A stretch of 55,460 nt of DNA from a virus (taxonomy: Duplodnaviria > Caudoviricetes), in IMG/VR virus record IMGVR_UViG_3300034149_000152, positions 1 through 55,460 of that record, one strand, 5' to 3'. The notes below the pieces were generated by a model. That model had not been told where the DNA came from, searched no databases, and saw only the letters and a list, made by a program, of their open reading frames with translations. A program made the translations under genes and the position numbers. This document shows positions 9,025 to 18,188 of this stretch, piece after piece (within the stretch, counting starts at the first letter, position 1; the number at the start of each line of letters is the position of its first letter).

Positions 9025-11976
9025 TCAGGCTGCTTGATTGAGTTGCCCGCAAGTTATGAGCTTGCGGGCTTTTTTGCGCAGTTCATCGCGCCAGTCCGGT
9101 CCACGCTTGATCTTGGGCGCCATGGTGGACAGTTTGGTGATGACGAATCCCCGCTGGCGGGCGCCAAAGAGGCCGACGGAGACTGCATCGGCACAATTTT
9201 GGACTAGAATCCCGTTTGCGTAGTAAGCGTTATGATCCACCAGGGTCAGGTTGTAAACCCTTTCGGACTTTCCATCTCCGTATGGCAGCACACTTATGGG
9301 AGCAACATTCCGTTGATTCGTGCTTAAACACACTAAACTCTTTACCACATTCCACACACAATCGAATAACGACATTTCGTTTTCTTGAGGATTTTTGCTG
9401 GCAACTATTGGAGCAGTATTTGGCGTCCCTAAATGACTTGAACTCAAATTTGATTCCGCAAACATCACACTTGTGGGTTTTAGGCTTTCGGTTCTTCCAC
9501 TGTTCCTTGGAGTGTTCGCTGTGCCACTTTCTGCCGGCATCGGTTCCATGCCATGCAACAGCCGCTTTGACAGCCTTTGAAATCGAAACCTTATTTCTTG
9601 CAGCAAACTCAGGGTCTTGGAACCGTTCCAGCATGTGATGGCGCCCGTGATCCCTGACCTCCATGAGTTCAAGATTTTCGATTGAGTTATTGCGCCAGTT
9701 GTCATCCTTATGATGGACACACATACGCGGAGGAATAAGCCCATGGTGCTCAATCCAGATGACTCGGTGTAGAAGTCTCTCACCCTGATTATTCCCGTGG
9801 TAGCCGTCTTGAAAGTATCGGCCAGAGCTTTGAAGCCAGTATTTCCGGCCTTTGTAAACAAAGCGTTCAATAGATGCCATAGGAATAGGGTTTTAACCCC
9901 TTCCACCCGGTCTGTCAACTTCAACTCGCACAATTTTATCCACCCGCGTGTCCATGTGAAAACCCTGTGCGACCCCTTTCCTGTAAGGCTGGAGCCGTCA
10001 CTGAATGAGGATCGGAAAAGACTGCTTGTTTCCACGCAATGAACGGCTATTACGGCTGACGGACCAAACGGAGTTTCCACCATATCTCCAATACAAATTC
10101 TCTCAATCGGGACCTCGCCTGAAGGGGTATCAATCATGGTTCCAGACACAAAACAATCGGGCGATCTTCCGCTTTTTTGCCGCATGTCATCCTTGCTCTC
10201 GATTTCAATTCTATTCCCGGAAACCATCTTCCATTCGCGCTGGCAGAATTCCGTGCAGGCTTCCTCGGTCATGCCACGGAACTGTCCGGCTTCGACGGCG
10301 TATCGGACGGAAAACCACAACTCGGTTACGAACTTGGAATAGTAATCCCGGCAGGGAGTGGTAATCTCTGCGCTGACGGGCTTTTCAGATGGCTTGCCGC
10401 CGCAGTCAATCGAGTTGACGTTCACATCCCACAATCGCGAGAAGGCCGTGACCAACGATGTTCTCATGCCGGCATCGTAGAAGAAATTACCGGGCACTAT
10501 GCCGCGTCCAACGCATTGCTCCATCACGAACTTGACGATTTGATCCTCCGCCTGATCGGATCCAGGAGTGGAATCAATGGGAACGATCATCAGGTCTATT
10601 AGCGCGATTATCTGGCGGCCACGCTCTGACATTGGCGACTGGGAGATCATCGTGGATACCAGCGCCTCTGGACTCAGCGGTTCAACCTCGTAACCGAATT
10701 GAAGCTCGCCAAACACGCAGCGGTCGCCACCCACTCCACGGTAGGCCGCATCCAGAAATGCGATTCGTGTCCTTCTTGAATCCCGCCAGTTAGGCGACTC
10801 AAACGCCTTGAACTTGAGGCAGGCTTGCCGCGTAAGCACCCGTCGCGATCCCTGGCCACGCGGCATCTTGGCATCAACGAACATCTGATGATGCCAGTCG
10901 TCAACGCCCCATATTTTAGCCTCATCTGCTATGTGCTCTCGCGTGATAAGGAATGGAAATGGAGGAGGTTCCCCCGGCGGGGCCGCCATGTTGGGAGAAT
11001 CGTTTCCGGGAAGCTGTATGCAGATGCCATTCGGAAACCGGGTCGGCCAGGTCTTGGTGCCTGGCATCTGGTCGGCGCCGCCTTCCCATCCCCCCATCTC
11101 TACTGAAGGCTCACACAGGAAACCGTGGGCATTGGTGGTCTCACTTGGATTTCCAAGCCCAACCAGCTTGAAGTCCTCGCACTTACTCAGGTTGGAGGCG
11201 GAGTCCAAAAAGGCGCGCGGCATGAGTTGCAATTCGTCAGCTAAAATCCTAACGCGCTTGTTGTGTATCCCGATGAGTGATTGGATGCCGACGTAGGTAT
11301 TACCTTTTCGGGTGGCTACAGCGATAATTCCGTTCTTAAAATCCCGGCCTTCACCAGCCTCGTCCTTGGGATTAAGTGTGAGCATCTGTTTGCCTTCTAT
11401 CAGATAACCGGGAATCCAGTTGTGCTCCGACTTCACCGAACGATGATATTTTTTTATCATTCCCCAGATGCGAAGTTCAAGACTCTTGAGGTCCGTAGAT
11501 GAAACAAGAACCGTGGTGTAGCTGGAATGGGCATACCAATCGGTGAGCACGTTGCCGCCAAACGAATCCGATTTTCCAGATGATGCACAGCCACACGCGC
11601 CTATGTATTTGTAGTTCAGATAAACTTCCAGGCACTTCTCCGCCCAATAGTTTTTGAACGGACCTTTCTCCCAAATCTTCTCCGGCCAGGCGATCTCCTG
11701 GAAACGGCGGTAATGGTAGTACAATCCGTTGCCGGCGGTTTCACCGTCCGATTTTGTCCATGTTCCACCTTGGGTAATCATGTCCAACTCGATCTTCAAC
11801 GGGGTCGCGTACGGACTGAACCACATGTTGTATTTTTTGAATCTGCCGGATGATTTGATGTAGGTGGGTTTTATCGCCGGGAATTGCTGCGATGCTGGAA
11901 TCTGGACTTGCGGTGGTATTGGAAGGACTTCCGGTGCTGGAATCTGGACTTCCGGTGGGCTGGCATCAGTGCTCAT
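9025..11976 (-). CDS. terL: Terminase large subunit, intein-containing
   Basis: Walker A-like GCASSGKS, Walker B ILADE, coupling motif LGNP, nuclease motifs FLDAA..GGDRC and GRSPD|CADA. Start placed at ATG 11976 because the longer ORF overlaps the divergent 12020 gene. Confidence 0.9.
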   Translation of the reverse strand: MSTDASPPEVQIPAPEVLPIPPQVQIPASQQFPAIKPTYIKSSGRFKKYNMWFSPYATPLKIELDMITQGGTWTKSDGETAGNGLYYHYRRFQEIAWPEKIWEKGPFKNYWAEKCLEVYLNYKYIGACGCASSGKSDSFGGNVLTDWYAHSSYTTVLVSSTDLKSLELRIWGMIKKYHRSVKSEHNWIPGYLIEGKQMLTLNPKDEAGEGRDFKNGIIAVATRKGNTYVGIQSLIGIHNKRVRILADELQLMPRAFLDSASNLSKCEDFKLVGLGNPSETTNAHGFLCEPSVEMGGWEGGADQMPGTKTWPTRFPNGICIQLPGNDSPNMAAPPGEPPPFPFLITREHIADEAKIWGVDDWHHQMFVDAKMPRGQGSRRVLTRQACLKFKAFESPNWRDSRRTRIAFLDAAYRGVGGDRCVFGELQFGYEVEPLSPEALVSTMISQSPMSERGRQIIALIDLMIVPIDSTPGSDQAEDQIVKFVMEQCVGRGIVPGNFFYDAGMRTSLVTAFSRLWDVNVNSIDCGGKPSEKPVSAEITTPCRDYYSKFVTELWFSVRYAVEAGQFRGMTEEACTEFCQREWKMVSGNRIEIESKDDMRQKSGRSPDCFVSGTMIDTPSGEVPIERICIGDMVETPFGPSAVIAVHCVETSSLFRSSFSDGSSLTGKGSHRVFTWTRGWIKLCELKLTDRVEGVKTLFLWHLLNALFTKAGNTGFKALADTFKTATTGIIRVRDFYTESSGLSTMGLFLRVCVSIIRMTTGAITQSKILNSWRSGITGAITCWNGSKTLSLLQEIRFRFQRLSKRLLHGMEPMPAESGTANTPRNSGRTESLKPTSVMFAESNLSSSHLGTPNTAPIVASKNPQENEMSLFDCVWNVVKSLVCLSTNQRNVAPISVLPYGDGKSERVYNLTLVDHNAYYANGILVQNCADAVSVGLFGARQRGFVITKLSTMAPKIKRGPDWRDELRKKARKLITCGQLNQAA
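9196..10155 (-). mobile_element. Intein (320 aa) in the TerL nuclease motif SPD|CADA
   Basis: Block A CFVSGTMIDTPSGEVPIERI, block B LTGKGSHRVFT, blocks F/G VYNLTL...YYANGILVQN, and +1 Cys. Confidence 0.92.
9230..9880 (-). CDS. HNH endonuclease with C-terminal Zn-ribbons, nested out of frame inside the TerL intein
   Basis: LLHRVIW..HHG.IP...VHHKDDNWRNNSIENLEL...DH.RHH, plus CDVC/CSNSC and CVEC/CSHKC. It lies in the -1 frame relative to the intein. Confidence 0.88.
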   Translation of the reverse strand: MASIERFVYKGRKYWLQSSGRYFQDGYHGNNQGERLLHRVIWIEHHGLIPPRMCVHHKDDNWRNNSIENLELMEVRDHGRHHMLERFQDPEFAARNKVSISKAVKAAVAWHGTDAGRKWHSEHSKEQWKNRKPKTHKCDVCGIKFEFKSFRDAKYCSNSCQQKSSRKRNVVIRLCVECGKEFSVFKHESTECCSHKCAAIRRWKVRKGLQPDPGGS

Positions 11977-11983
11977 TGTTTGC

Positions 11984-12019
11984 TTGAAATGAAGGTGGTT
12001 CAGACGCATTGTCGGGTCA
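11984..12019. promoter_or_regulatory. Overlapping divergent promoter candidates between terL and the tail genes
   Basis: Plus strand TTGAAA-N17-CATTGT-N7-ATG(12020). Minus strand TTGACC-N17-CACCTT toward terL. The -10 boxes are weak. Confidence 0.35.
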
Positions 12020-14107
12020 ATGCCGGAAAGCGATGTCATCATTACGGATGGTTCGATAGATTTCTCGGGTGGAGTAAATTCCATAGCCACGACCACGATT
12101 CAATCCCAGCGAAATCCCAACGGCCTTCCTCGCAATCAACTTGCCTGGATGGATAACTGCACTGTCCGCGACGGCGGCATCACCTGCCGCTCTGGATTCC
12201 ATCGGATCATGCAGGTCCACAACAGCGCGGGATTCTTCCAGGGCAAGTTCATGTATGAACCGCAGAGCGCCGATCCTTACGAGGTCATGTCCATCAGCGG
12301 GCACATCTATCTGGTCAACATTGACGCTCACGTGGTCATTGATCTGACGGCGGCATTCCCGGCCAATGTGCCCCAGTTCAATCCGGGTGGCGATGTTCAG
12401 GCGTTCTTCGTTCAGGCCGAACAATTCCTGGTGATTCAAGCCGGGGACAGCACGACGCTACCGTTTATCTGGGATGGAACAACTTTGAGGCGAAGTATTG
12501 GCACCACCGATATTGTGGCCGGTCAGCCTGCGGCGACTTATGGACTAACGCCAACCGATACGTGGGTGGTGCCACCACTGGCTTCCACGACCACGCTGAA
12601 TCTTCCAACTCAATATCCTGGAATTGTGGGAAACATCGGAGTCTATCAGGTGAATGCTGGAAGCCTGCCGGTTGGCACTTTTCAGGTGACTGCATTTACT
12701 GCCATCGCGCCATTTACGCTGACGCTGAAAACAAACGCAACCAACGCCATAGGAAAGAAAATCCTGGCTGGATTCGCCGCCACATTCACCGTTGGGCCTG
12801 TTCCGTCGCCGCCCAATACCAGCGAACTCCCCGCCGCCGGGGCCATGGACTATTTCATGGGGCGCCTATGGTATGCCCAAGGCCGTCAGGTATCCGCCGG
12901 AGACATTGTGCGCGGGCCATCAGGAACTCTGGCCTACGACTTCACCGACTCCGTTCTGAAAGTAACCGAGAATCCCATGGTGCTGGGCGGGGACGGATTC
13001 ACGATCCCATCCAGCGACGGCAATGTCATTCGGGCGATCAAGCACAGTGCCAACATTGATGCCGCACTTGGCCAAGGTCGGCTGTTCGTAGGCACCCGCA
13101 AGGCCATTTATGCCATGAACGTACCAGTCACCAGGGACGAGTGGATTGCCGCCGGCAACAACAACCAGCCGTTGATGACCCCGGTTCAACTGGCCAATGG
13201 CTGGGTCAACGACCGTTCCGTGGTGGCGGTGAATGGCGACTTGTTCTATCAGTCTTTGGAGCCGGGCATACGGTCACTCAACCAATCCACTCGCTTCTTT
13301 GGCCAGTGGGGTAACATCCCTATCAGCGCCAACGAGAATCGAATCCTGCAATACAACAACCGCGCCCTGCTGCGCTATTCGAGCGGAATCTATTTTGACA
13401 ATCGCCTGCTTCAAACCCAGCTTCCGGTATCCACGGCTCAAGGCGTGATAAGCCGCGCCTTGGTGCCAATGGACTTCCTTCCCATCAGCAGCTTCAATAA
13501 GCAGAAGGAGCCGACCTGGGAAGGCATGTATGAAGGGCTGGATATTTTCCAGCTTAACACCGGCGACTTCGGAGGACGCGAGCGCGCCTTCGCCACGGTG
13601 AGATCGCAACTGGATTCCAGCATTGAACTCTGGGAGATAACCACGGGGACGAGATTCGACACGATCCAAGGCGAGGAACATCGCACAGTCTGGGTCATGG
13701 AATTCCCGGCATTCACATGGGGCGATGAGACGATTCTAAAGCGCCTTGAGGGGGCCGAGATATGGGTGGACCGCATTTATGGCGTGGTGCAATTCACGTT
13801 AGAGTACAGGCCCGATGGACAGGCTTGCTGGATCAACTGGCATAACTGGAAAATCTGTAACACGAAGAACACCGATGAGAGCGTCCAGAATCCAATCTCC
13901 TATCCGGTTCAGCCATGTTTGGAGGGGTATCGCTCTACAATGACCCTGCCGAAGCCTCCATCAGACATCTGTTCAACTGGACGGCCATCGGATTTAGGCT
14001 ATCAATTCCAACCTCGTCTGGTCATTAAAGGCTTCGCCAGGATTCGCGGTTTGTATTTACACGCGACCAAAGTTGGGCGACAACTCTATGCGAATATAAC
14101 GTGTTGA
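12020..14107 (+). CDS. Tail tubular protein B / P22 gp10-like stabilisation protein (putative)
   Basis: 695 aa, beta-rich. N-terminal DFSGGVNS...NQLAWMDNC...GGITCRSG pattern is typical of podovirus nozzle proteins. Confidence 0.65.
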   Translation: MPESDVIITDGSIDFSGGVNSIATTTIQSQRNPNGLPRNQLAWMDNCTVRDGGITCRSGFHRIMQVHNSAGFFQGKFMYEPQSADPYEVMSISGHIYLVNIDAHVVIDLTAAFPANVPQFNPGGDVQAFFVQAEQFLVIQAGDSTTLPFIWDGTTLRRSIGTTDIVAGQPAATYGLTPTDTWVVPPLASTTTLNLPTQYPGIVGNIGVYQVNAGSLPVGTFQVTAFTAIAPFTLTLKTNATNAIGKKILAGFAATFTVGPVPSPPNTSELPAAGAMDYFMGRLWYAQGRQVSAGDIVRGPSGTLAYDFTDSVLKVTENPMVLGGDGFTIPSSDGNVIRAIKHSANIDAALGQGRLFVGTRKAIYAMNVPVTRDEWIAAGNNNQPLMTPVQLANGWVNDRSVVAVNGDLFYQSLEPGIRSLNQSTRFFGQWGNIPISANENRILQYNNRALLRYSSGIYFDNRLLQTQLPVSTAQGVISRALVPMDFLPISSFNKQKEPTWEGMYEGLDIFQLNTGDFGGRERAFATVRSQLDSSIELWEITTGTRFDTIQGEEHRTVWVMEFPAFTWGDETILKRLEGAEIWVDRIYGVVQFTLEYRPDGQACWINWHNWKICNTKNTDESVQNPISYPVQPCLEGYRSTMTLPKPPSDICSTGRPSDLGYQFQPRLVIKGFARIRGLYLHATKVGRQLYANITC

Positions 14108-14108
14108 T

Positions 14109-15602
14109 ATGGCAAATTTCCAGTGCGACATCCCGTGTATCGTCTGCGATCCGCCGATTGTGGTGGGCCAGGGATTGGCGCCGAACGATCCGAATAATCC
14201 GTTCCTGAACCTGTCCAGCGAGTTGCCCGATATTGACCTGTTCATCGGGCGACGTTACACCATAGGACTCCCGCCGCTGGGCCAGTTTTTCTACGCCGTT
14301 GGCTGCATAGGAATCTGTTTCTCCGAGGAATCGCAGGAGGACGCCGAACTATGCGCCGCGCGTCAGAATGTTCTGTGCAATTCGAGTAACTGGCCGATCT
14401 CTATACCAAATCCTGAATTTCCAGGAAGCCCCAATAATCCTCAGCCTCCCACCATTCCAAGGCCCAGAATCACCTATCTGAACACTTCGCAGTCGGCCCA
14501 ATTCGTCTGCCCGAATGGCACTGTGTTCACCTACACGACGCCCGCTGGAACATTCAGAGCACTAAGTCAGGTGGCAGCCAATGCCAAGGCATTATCCGAC
14601 GCGCAGAACAAAGCGATTTCTCATCGTATCTGTTTGGGGCCTCTTTCCGAAACCCGGGTTTGTCTTGGGTCTGTATCCGGTCTGCAACTGGCCGTTGAAA
14701 CAAATTTTGGACCATGCGAATTTACGGTGGTGGCGGAAAATCTTCCAGTGGGAATTTCAGTGGCGGATGATGGCACGAATTTCTTTCTTATCGGCGACTT
14801 CACTACCGCTGGCGACTGGACATTTACGCTTCTGGTGCTAGATCAACTCGGTAACGAGCAAACCGGCGCTTACAGCTTCACGGTGCTTGGAATCACAAAT
14901 GGCACCGCCCTGACTGATGCCGAAGTTGGCACCGCCTATTCGGAGCAATTGAATGTGGCCGGAACACTGGATGGGACTCCACAATTCACCATCGTCTCTG
15001 GCGCGCTGCCCGATGGCTTGACCTTGAACGCTTCCACCGGATTGATAAGCGGCACACCGACGACCGAGCAGGATTCCAGTTTCACAGTTCAAGTGGCGGA
15101 TGAAAGCCTGACGTGCCAGAAGGCGTTTACGATTTCAGTCGAACAGGCCGATGAGTGCCCGGACTGGTCCATGCTCGTGTGGGGCGCTCCCAGCATATTC
15201 CTGAACGGAAACGGATCGGCCTCAGCCAGTGGAGCCGGCAACACTGCCCATGCGGAATCGGATTCTGGAGTATTCGGCGGAGGAGTGGACAGCGGTTTTG
15301 CTGGAATAGTTGGGAACGTAAACTACACAGGTCCGGGATCGACCTGCTGTGTTACGGTGGCCATTTCGGGCACTCCACTTATCCCCTTCGAGAATCTTTA
15401 CAACCTTCAGATCACGCAGGATTTTGCTCCGCTTCTTTTCCTTGATGCCAGCAATCCAGCCGGGACATACTCATTTGTGGTGGCTAATTCTCCTGGTGTT
15501 TCGGCCATTGAAGTTACGCTCCTTGCCAATTCTGAAGCTAATTTTGGAAGTCCGGCTCAGAAAAATATATCCGTGGACATCACTCTGATACCTTGCCCCT
15601 GA
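14109..15602 (+). CDS. Tail protein with putative Ig (He_PIG-like) domains
   Basis: AEVGTAYSEQL...SGALPDGLTLNASTGLISGTPT...FTVQVAD. Confidence 0.7.
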   Translation: MANFQCDIPCIVCDPPIVVGQGLAPNDPNNPFLNLSSELPDIDLFIGRRYTIGLPPLGQFFYAVGCIGICFSEESQEDAELCAARQNVLCNSSNWPISIPNPEFPGSPNNPQPPTIPRPRITYLNTSQSAQFVCPNGTVFTYTTPAGTFRALSQVAANAKALSDAQNKAISHRICLGPLSETRVCLGSVSGLQLAVETNFGPCEFTVVAENLPVGISVADDGTNFFLIGDFTTAGDWTFTLLVLDQLGNEQTGAYSFTVLGITNGTALTDAEVGTAYSEQLNVAGTLDGTPQFTIVSGALPDGLTLNASTGLISGTPTTEQDSSFTVQVADESLTCQKAFTISVEQADECPDWSMLVWGAPSIFLNGNGSASASGAGNTAHAESDSGVFGGGVDSGFAGIVGNVNYTGPGSTCCVTVAISGTPLIPFENLYNLQITQDFAPLLFLDASNPAGTYSFVVANSPGVSAIEVTLLANSEANFGSPAQKNISVDITLIPCP

Positions 15603-15605
15603 TTT

Positions 15606-15650
15606 ATGAGAACCAGACTTTATGATGTTATGACCTCGCGGATGCCATCA
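15606..15650 (+). pseudogene. Orphaned duplicate 5' end of the 16225 tail gene
   Basis: RTRLYDVMTSRMPS versus RTRVYDFMVSRGPS at 16231 (10/14 aa identical). Similarity ends exactly at the HNH stop codon. Confidence 0.65.
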
Positions 15651-16109
15651 TGGGATGTGCTTCCACGATCTGTTGGTTCTGATTTTCCAGACCGTGCTTG
15701 GGTGAACCCCAAGCCTTATGGAGACGGCCAGTGTCTTATCAGAAGATTTGCGAATATCATCAATATCGGAAGGGGTAAGTTTTTTGTAATGAATTTTATC
15801 CCTACCCTTTTTCATCATGTCCTGAGAGTTGTCTTTTTTTGTTCCAAGGAACAGGTGGTTAGGGTTGCAGCACTTTGGGTTATCGCAACGGTGAAGAACA
15901 AACAGACGGTCAGGAACAGGACCATTCTCAATCTCCCATGCAACTCTTGGGGCAACTTTGGATTTTCCATCCAGCCTAAACCTTCCGTATCCCAGCGGGG
16001 ACGAGCACCCGGTCCATATCCAGCACATTTCATGGGTTCTAATTTGAACCTTGGACCAGAATCTTTTAGGCATAGGAACAAAAGTTCTCGAGTATGCTAT
16101 TTTTTGCAT
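15648..16109 (-). CDS. Free-standing HNH homing endonuclease
   Basis: RFWSKV...CWIWTG...GYGRF...RVAWEIENGPVP..LFVLHRCDNPKCCNPNHLFLGT..DN..DM..KGR, then a C-terminal HTH-like segment. Start is uncertain (16109 or 16073). Confidence 0.9.
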   Translation of the reverse strand: MQKIAYSRTFVPMPKRFWSKVQIRTHEMCWIWTGCSSPLGYGRFRLDGKSKVAPRVAWEIENGPVPDRLFVLHRCDNPKCCNPNHLFLGTKKDNSQDMMKKGRDKIHYKKLTPSDIDDIRKSSDKTLAVSIRLGVHPSTVWKIRTNRSWKHIP

Positions 16110-16224
16110 TCTCCTGTATTGTTCGACCGTCCTTCGCTTGGACGATCCTACTCCGGCTCTGCCGGCCAAAACATGGGCATTACTCATAGGTGTGCAATTA
16201 TGCACAACGAAGCAAAGGAATCAA

Positions 16225-17283
16225 ATGCAAAGAACGAGAGTTTATGATTTCATGGTATCGAGGGGACCTTCCCTGCTGGGCCTCTGTAAGGACAATCTGC
16301 CGGGCATTTGCGGCTACATAAATTCAGCCCAGCAGCGTTTGCTCTACGCCAGAGAAGCGATGGACGAGGGCTGGTGGGGAACCTGGGCTGAGATCGTGTT
16401 CAACGTGAGCCGCGAGCAACCTTACATCACATTCCCGCGTGACATCGCCCGACTGCAATCCATCAACGTCTGCAACGTGCCGGTGTTCGTGCAAAACCAA
16501 TTTTTTGAATACTTGAGCTTCGGCAATGGCCGGATGCCCAAGACCCAGCCGTGGTGCAACGGAAATGGCATTGGTCAAAACGCCTTCACCCGGAACAACG
16601 CGATCACCTTCCTTGAAATGACCAACGCGCCGCAATACATCACGGCTTACGCGACGGACGCACAGGATAAAGCAGGATTGAGCCGGGTCCTGATTCAAGG
16701 GCTGGATGCCAACGGCAACACGGTTTATTCACAGGATGTTGACCAGAACGTGACAGGCGTTTTCCTGACGCTGCAATCGCCATCCATCACCACGCCAATG
16801 ACCTTCAGTAGCATCAACGGCATTCAGAAGGACATCACGGTGGGGCCCGTGCGGTTTTATCAACATGATCCAACCACGGGGGATGAAATCCTGTTGCTAA
16901 CCATGGAGCCCAGCGAACAGACGGCCAGCTACCGGCGTTATTACCTGCACAATCTGCCGTGCAACTGTTGCCCGAATCCGAGCAACAGCACCCAGGTTCA
17001 GGTGACGGCCATCGCCAAACTGGAATTGATTCCGGTGCTTGTGCAGACCGATTATCTGTTGATCCAGAACCGCGAAGCCATCATCGAAGAATGCCAGTCC
17101 ATCCGTTACAGTCAGATGGATGATCTGAGGGCCAAACAGATGGCGGCGGAACGGCACAAGCAGGCCATTGGCCTTTTGAATGGAGAACTGTGCCATTACC
17201 TTGGCATGAACACGCCGGCGGTTGGACTGTTCCCATTCGGATCGGCCCGGCTTGAACGGCAGAAGATCGGTTTACTTATTTGA
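16225..17283 (+). CDS. Tail tubular protein A / head-tail adaptor (putative)
   Basis: AAAGGAA SD before ATG 16225. 352 aa with the adaptor-like YINSAQQRLL...W motif, positioned in the tail module. Confidence 0.6.
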   Translation: MQRTRVYDFMVSRGPSLLGLCKDNLPGICGYINSAQQRLLYAREAMDEGWWGTWAEIVFNVSREQPYITFPRDIARLQSINVCNVPVFVQNQFFEYLSFGNGRMPKTQPWCNGNGIGQNAFTRNNAITFLEMTNAPQYITAYATDAQDKAGLSRVLIQGLDANGNTVYSQDVDQNVTGVFLTLQSPSITTPMTFSSINGIQKDITVGPVRFYQHDPTTGDEILLLTMEPSEQTASYRRYYLHNLPCNCCPNPSNSTQVQVTAIAKLELIPVLVQTDYLLIQNREAIIEECQSIRYSQMDDLRAKQMAAERHKQAIGLLNGELCHYLGMNTPAVGLFPFGSARLERQKIGLLI

Positions 17284-17286
17284 CTT

Positions 17287-18180
17287 ATGGCACTATACGA
17301 CCGCTATTCGGAGGACGCCCTTAAACAGGATGCCCAGAGATATTCAGGTTCCACTGCGGGCGGTTACTCCCTTCCAAATTTCGAGGCTGAGGCCCAGCGC
17401 AACAACCAGTTTATGACGGGGCAGGCGCAGGCACCGTATCTGGCCAATCTGCCCAACTACGCCCAGATGATCGCCCAGCGCAGCGGTAACGTGACGCAGC
17501 AGTTGAAGGGGCAATTGCCGGAAGATGTGATAAGGCAGCTCCGCCAGCAAAGCGCCGAGCTTGGCATTGCAACCGGCACCCCTGGATCACCTAGAACCAA
17601 TTCCGCGTATCTTCGGGCGCTGGGATTGAACTCACTTCAAATGCAGCAGCAAGCCAGCGGCGAGGTTAGCCGGTTAATTGCCGATACGCCGGTGCCGGAA
17701 CTGTCCAACCCTTGGGGCGTAAGTGTACCGCTGTTCATGGGCCAGCAGGAATTGAATGCCGCCCGTGGCGGCGGTGGCGGCAGTCGTGGGCCTTATTCAA
17801 ACATAACAGGGATGCCCAATGTTGGGATTGGTGGTTTTGGAAGCCCAAGTAGTAATTTAGCAAACGCTCCCGCTGTTGGTCGAATCGGATACTTTGACGA
17901 TAGGCCAGCAACAAGCCCGTCCACTCTGGCGAGCAACTGGTGGAATACTTATGGCGGCAAAAATCTGAACAGCAATGCCACATTCGGAAGTCCTCAGTCC
18001 CCATTCAACCAATTCGCCGAGGAGGATGCCTATTTCGCCAACATGGCGCCACCCAATCAGTTCGCCGAGGAGGACGCTTACTTCAATAACATGGCACCAT
18101 CGTATAACGCCAGTTCGGAGGACTGGGGCAATTACGATTGGGAGAGCGAAGCCTCTACTGATTACGGATCGTACGAGTAA
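17287..18180 (+). CDS. Internal virion / DNA ejection protein (putative)
   Basis: Gln/Ala/Gly-rich, first of three genes after the tail-tube genes. Confidence 0.5.
   Translation: MALYDRYSEDALKQDAQRYSGSTAGGYSLPNFEAEAQRNNQFMTGQAQAPYLANLPNYAQMIAQRSGNVTQQLKGQLPEDVIRQLRQQSAELGIATGTPGSPRTNSAYLRALGLNSLQMQQQASGEVSRLIADTPVPELSNPWGVSVPLFMGQQELNAARGGGGGSRGPYSNITGMPNVGIGGFGSPSSNLANAPAVGRIGYFDDRPATSPSTLASNWWNTYGGKNLNSNATFGSPQSPFNQFAEEDAYFANMAPPNQFAEEDAYFNNMAPSYNASSEDWGNYDWESEASTDYGSYE
18007..18102 (+). repeat. 48-bp in-frame tandem duplication
   Basis: NQFAEEDAYFANMAPP / NQFAEEDAYFNNMAPS. Confidence 0.85.
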
Positions 18181-18188
18181 TAATTTTT

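Noticed and set aside
11895-11960. 17-bp repeat TGCTGGAATCTGGACTT
   Set aside because: It is a short coding duplication (VQIPA) in the disordered TerL N-terminus, with no sign of a regulatory role.
11977-12096. Extended TerL N-terminus given in the ORF track
   Set aside because: It overlaps the divergent 12020 gene and its promoter region. ATG 11976 is more plausible.
15648-16224. Group I intron in the tail gene
   Set aside because: The endonuclease is antisense, no P/Q/R/S core is evident, and the downstream gene has its own SD and start.
15606-16247. 213-aa plus-strand ORF as a functional protein
   Set aside because: After codon 15 it is just the antisense of the HNH gene. It is kept only as possible translational read-through.
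18007-18102. CRISPR-like or DGR repeat
   Set aside because: It is only a two-copy in-frame coding duplication, with no spacers or reverse transcriptase.
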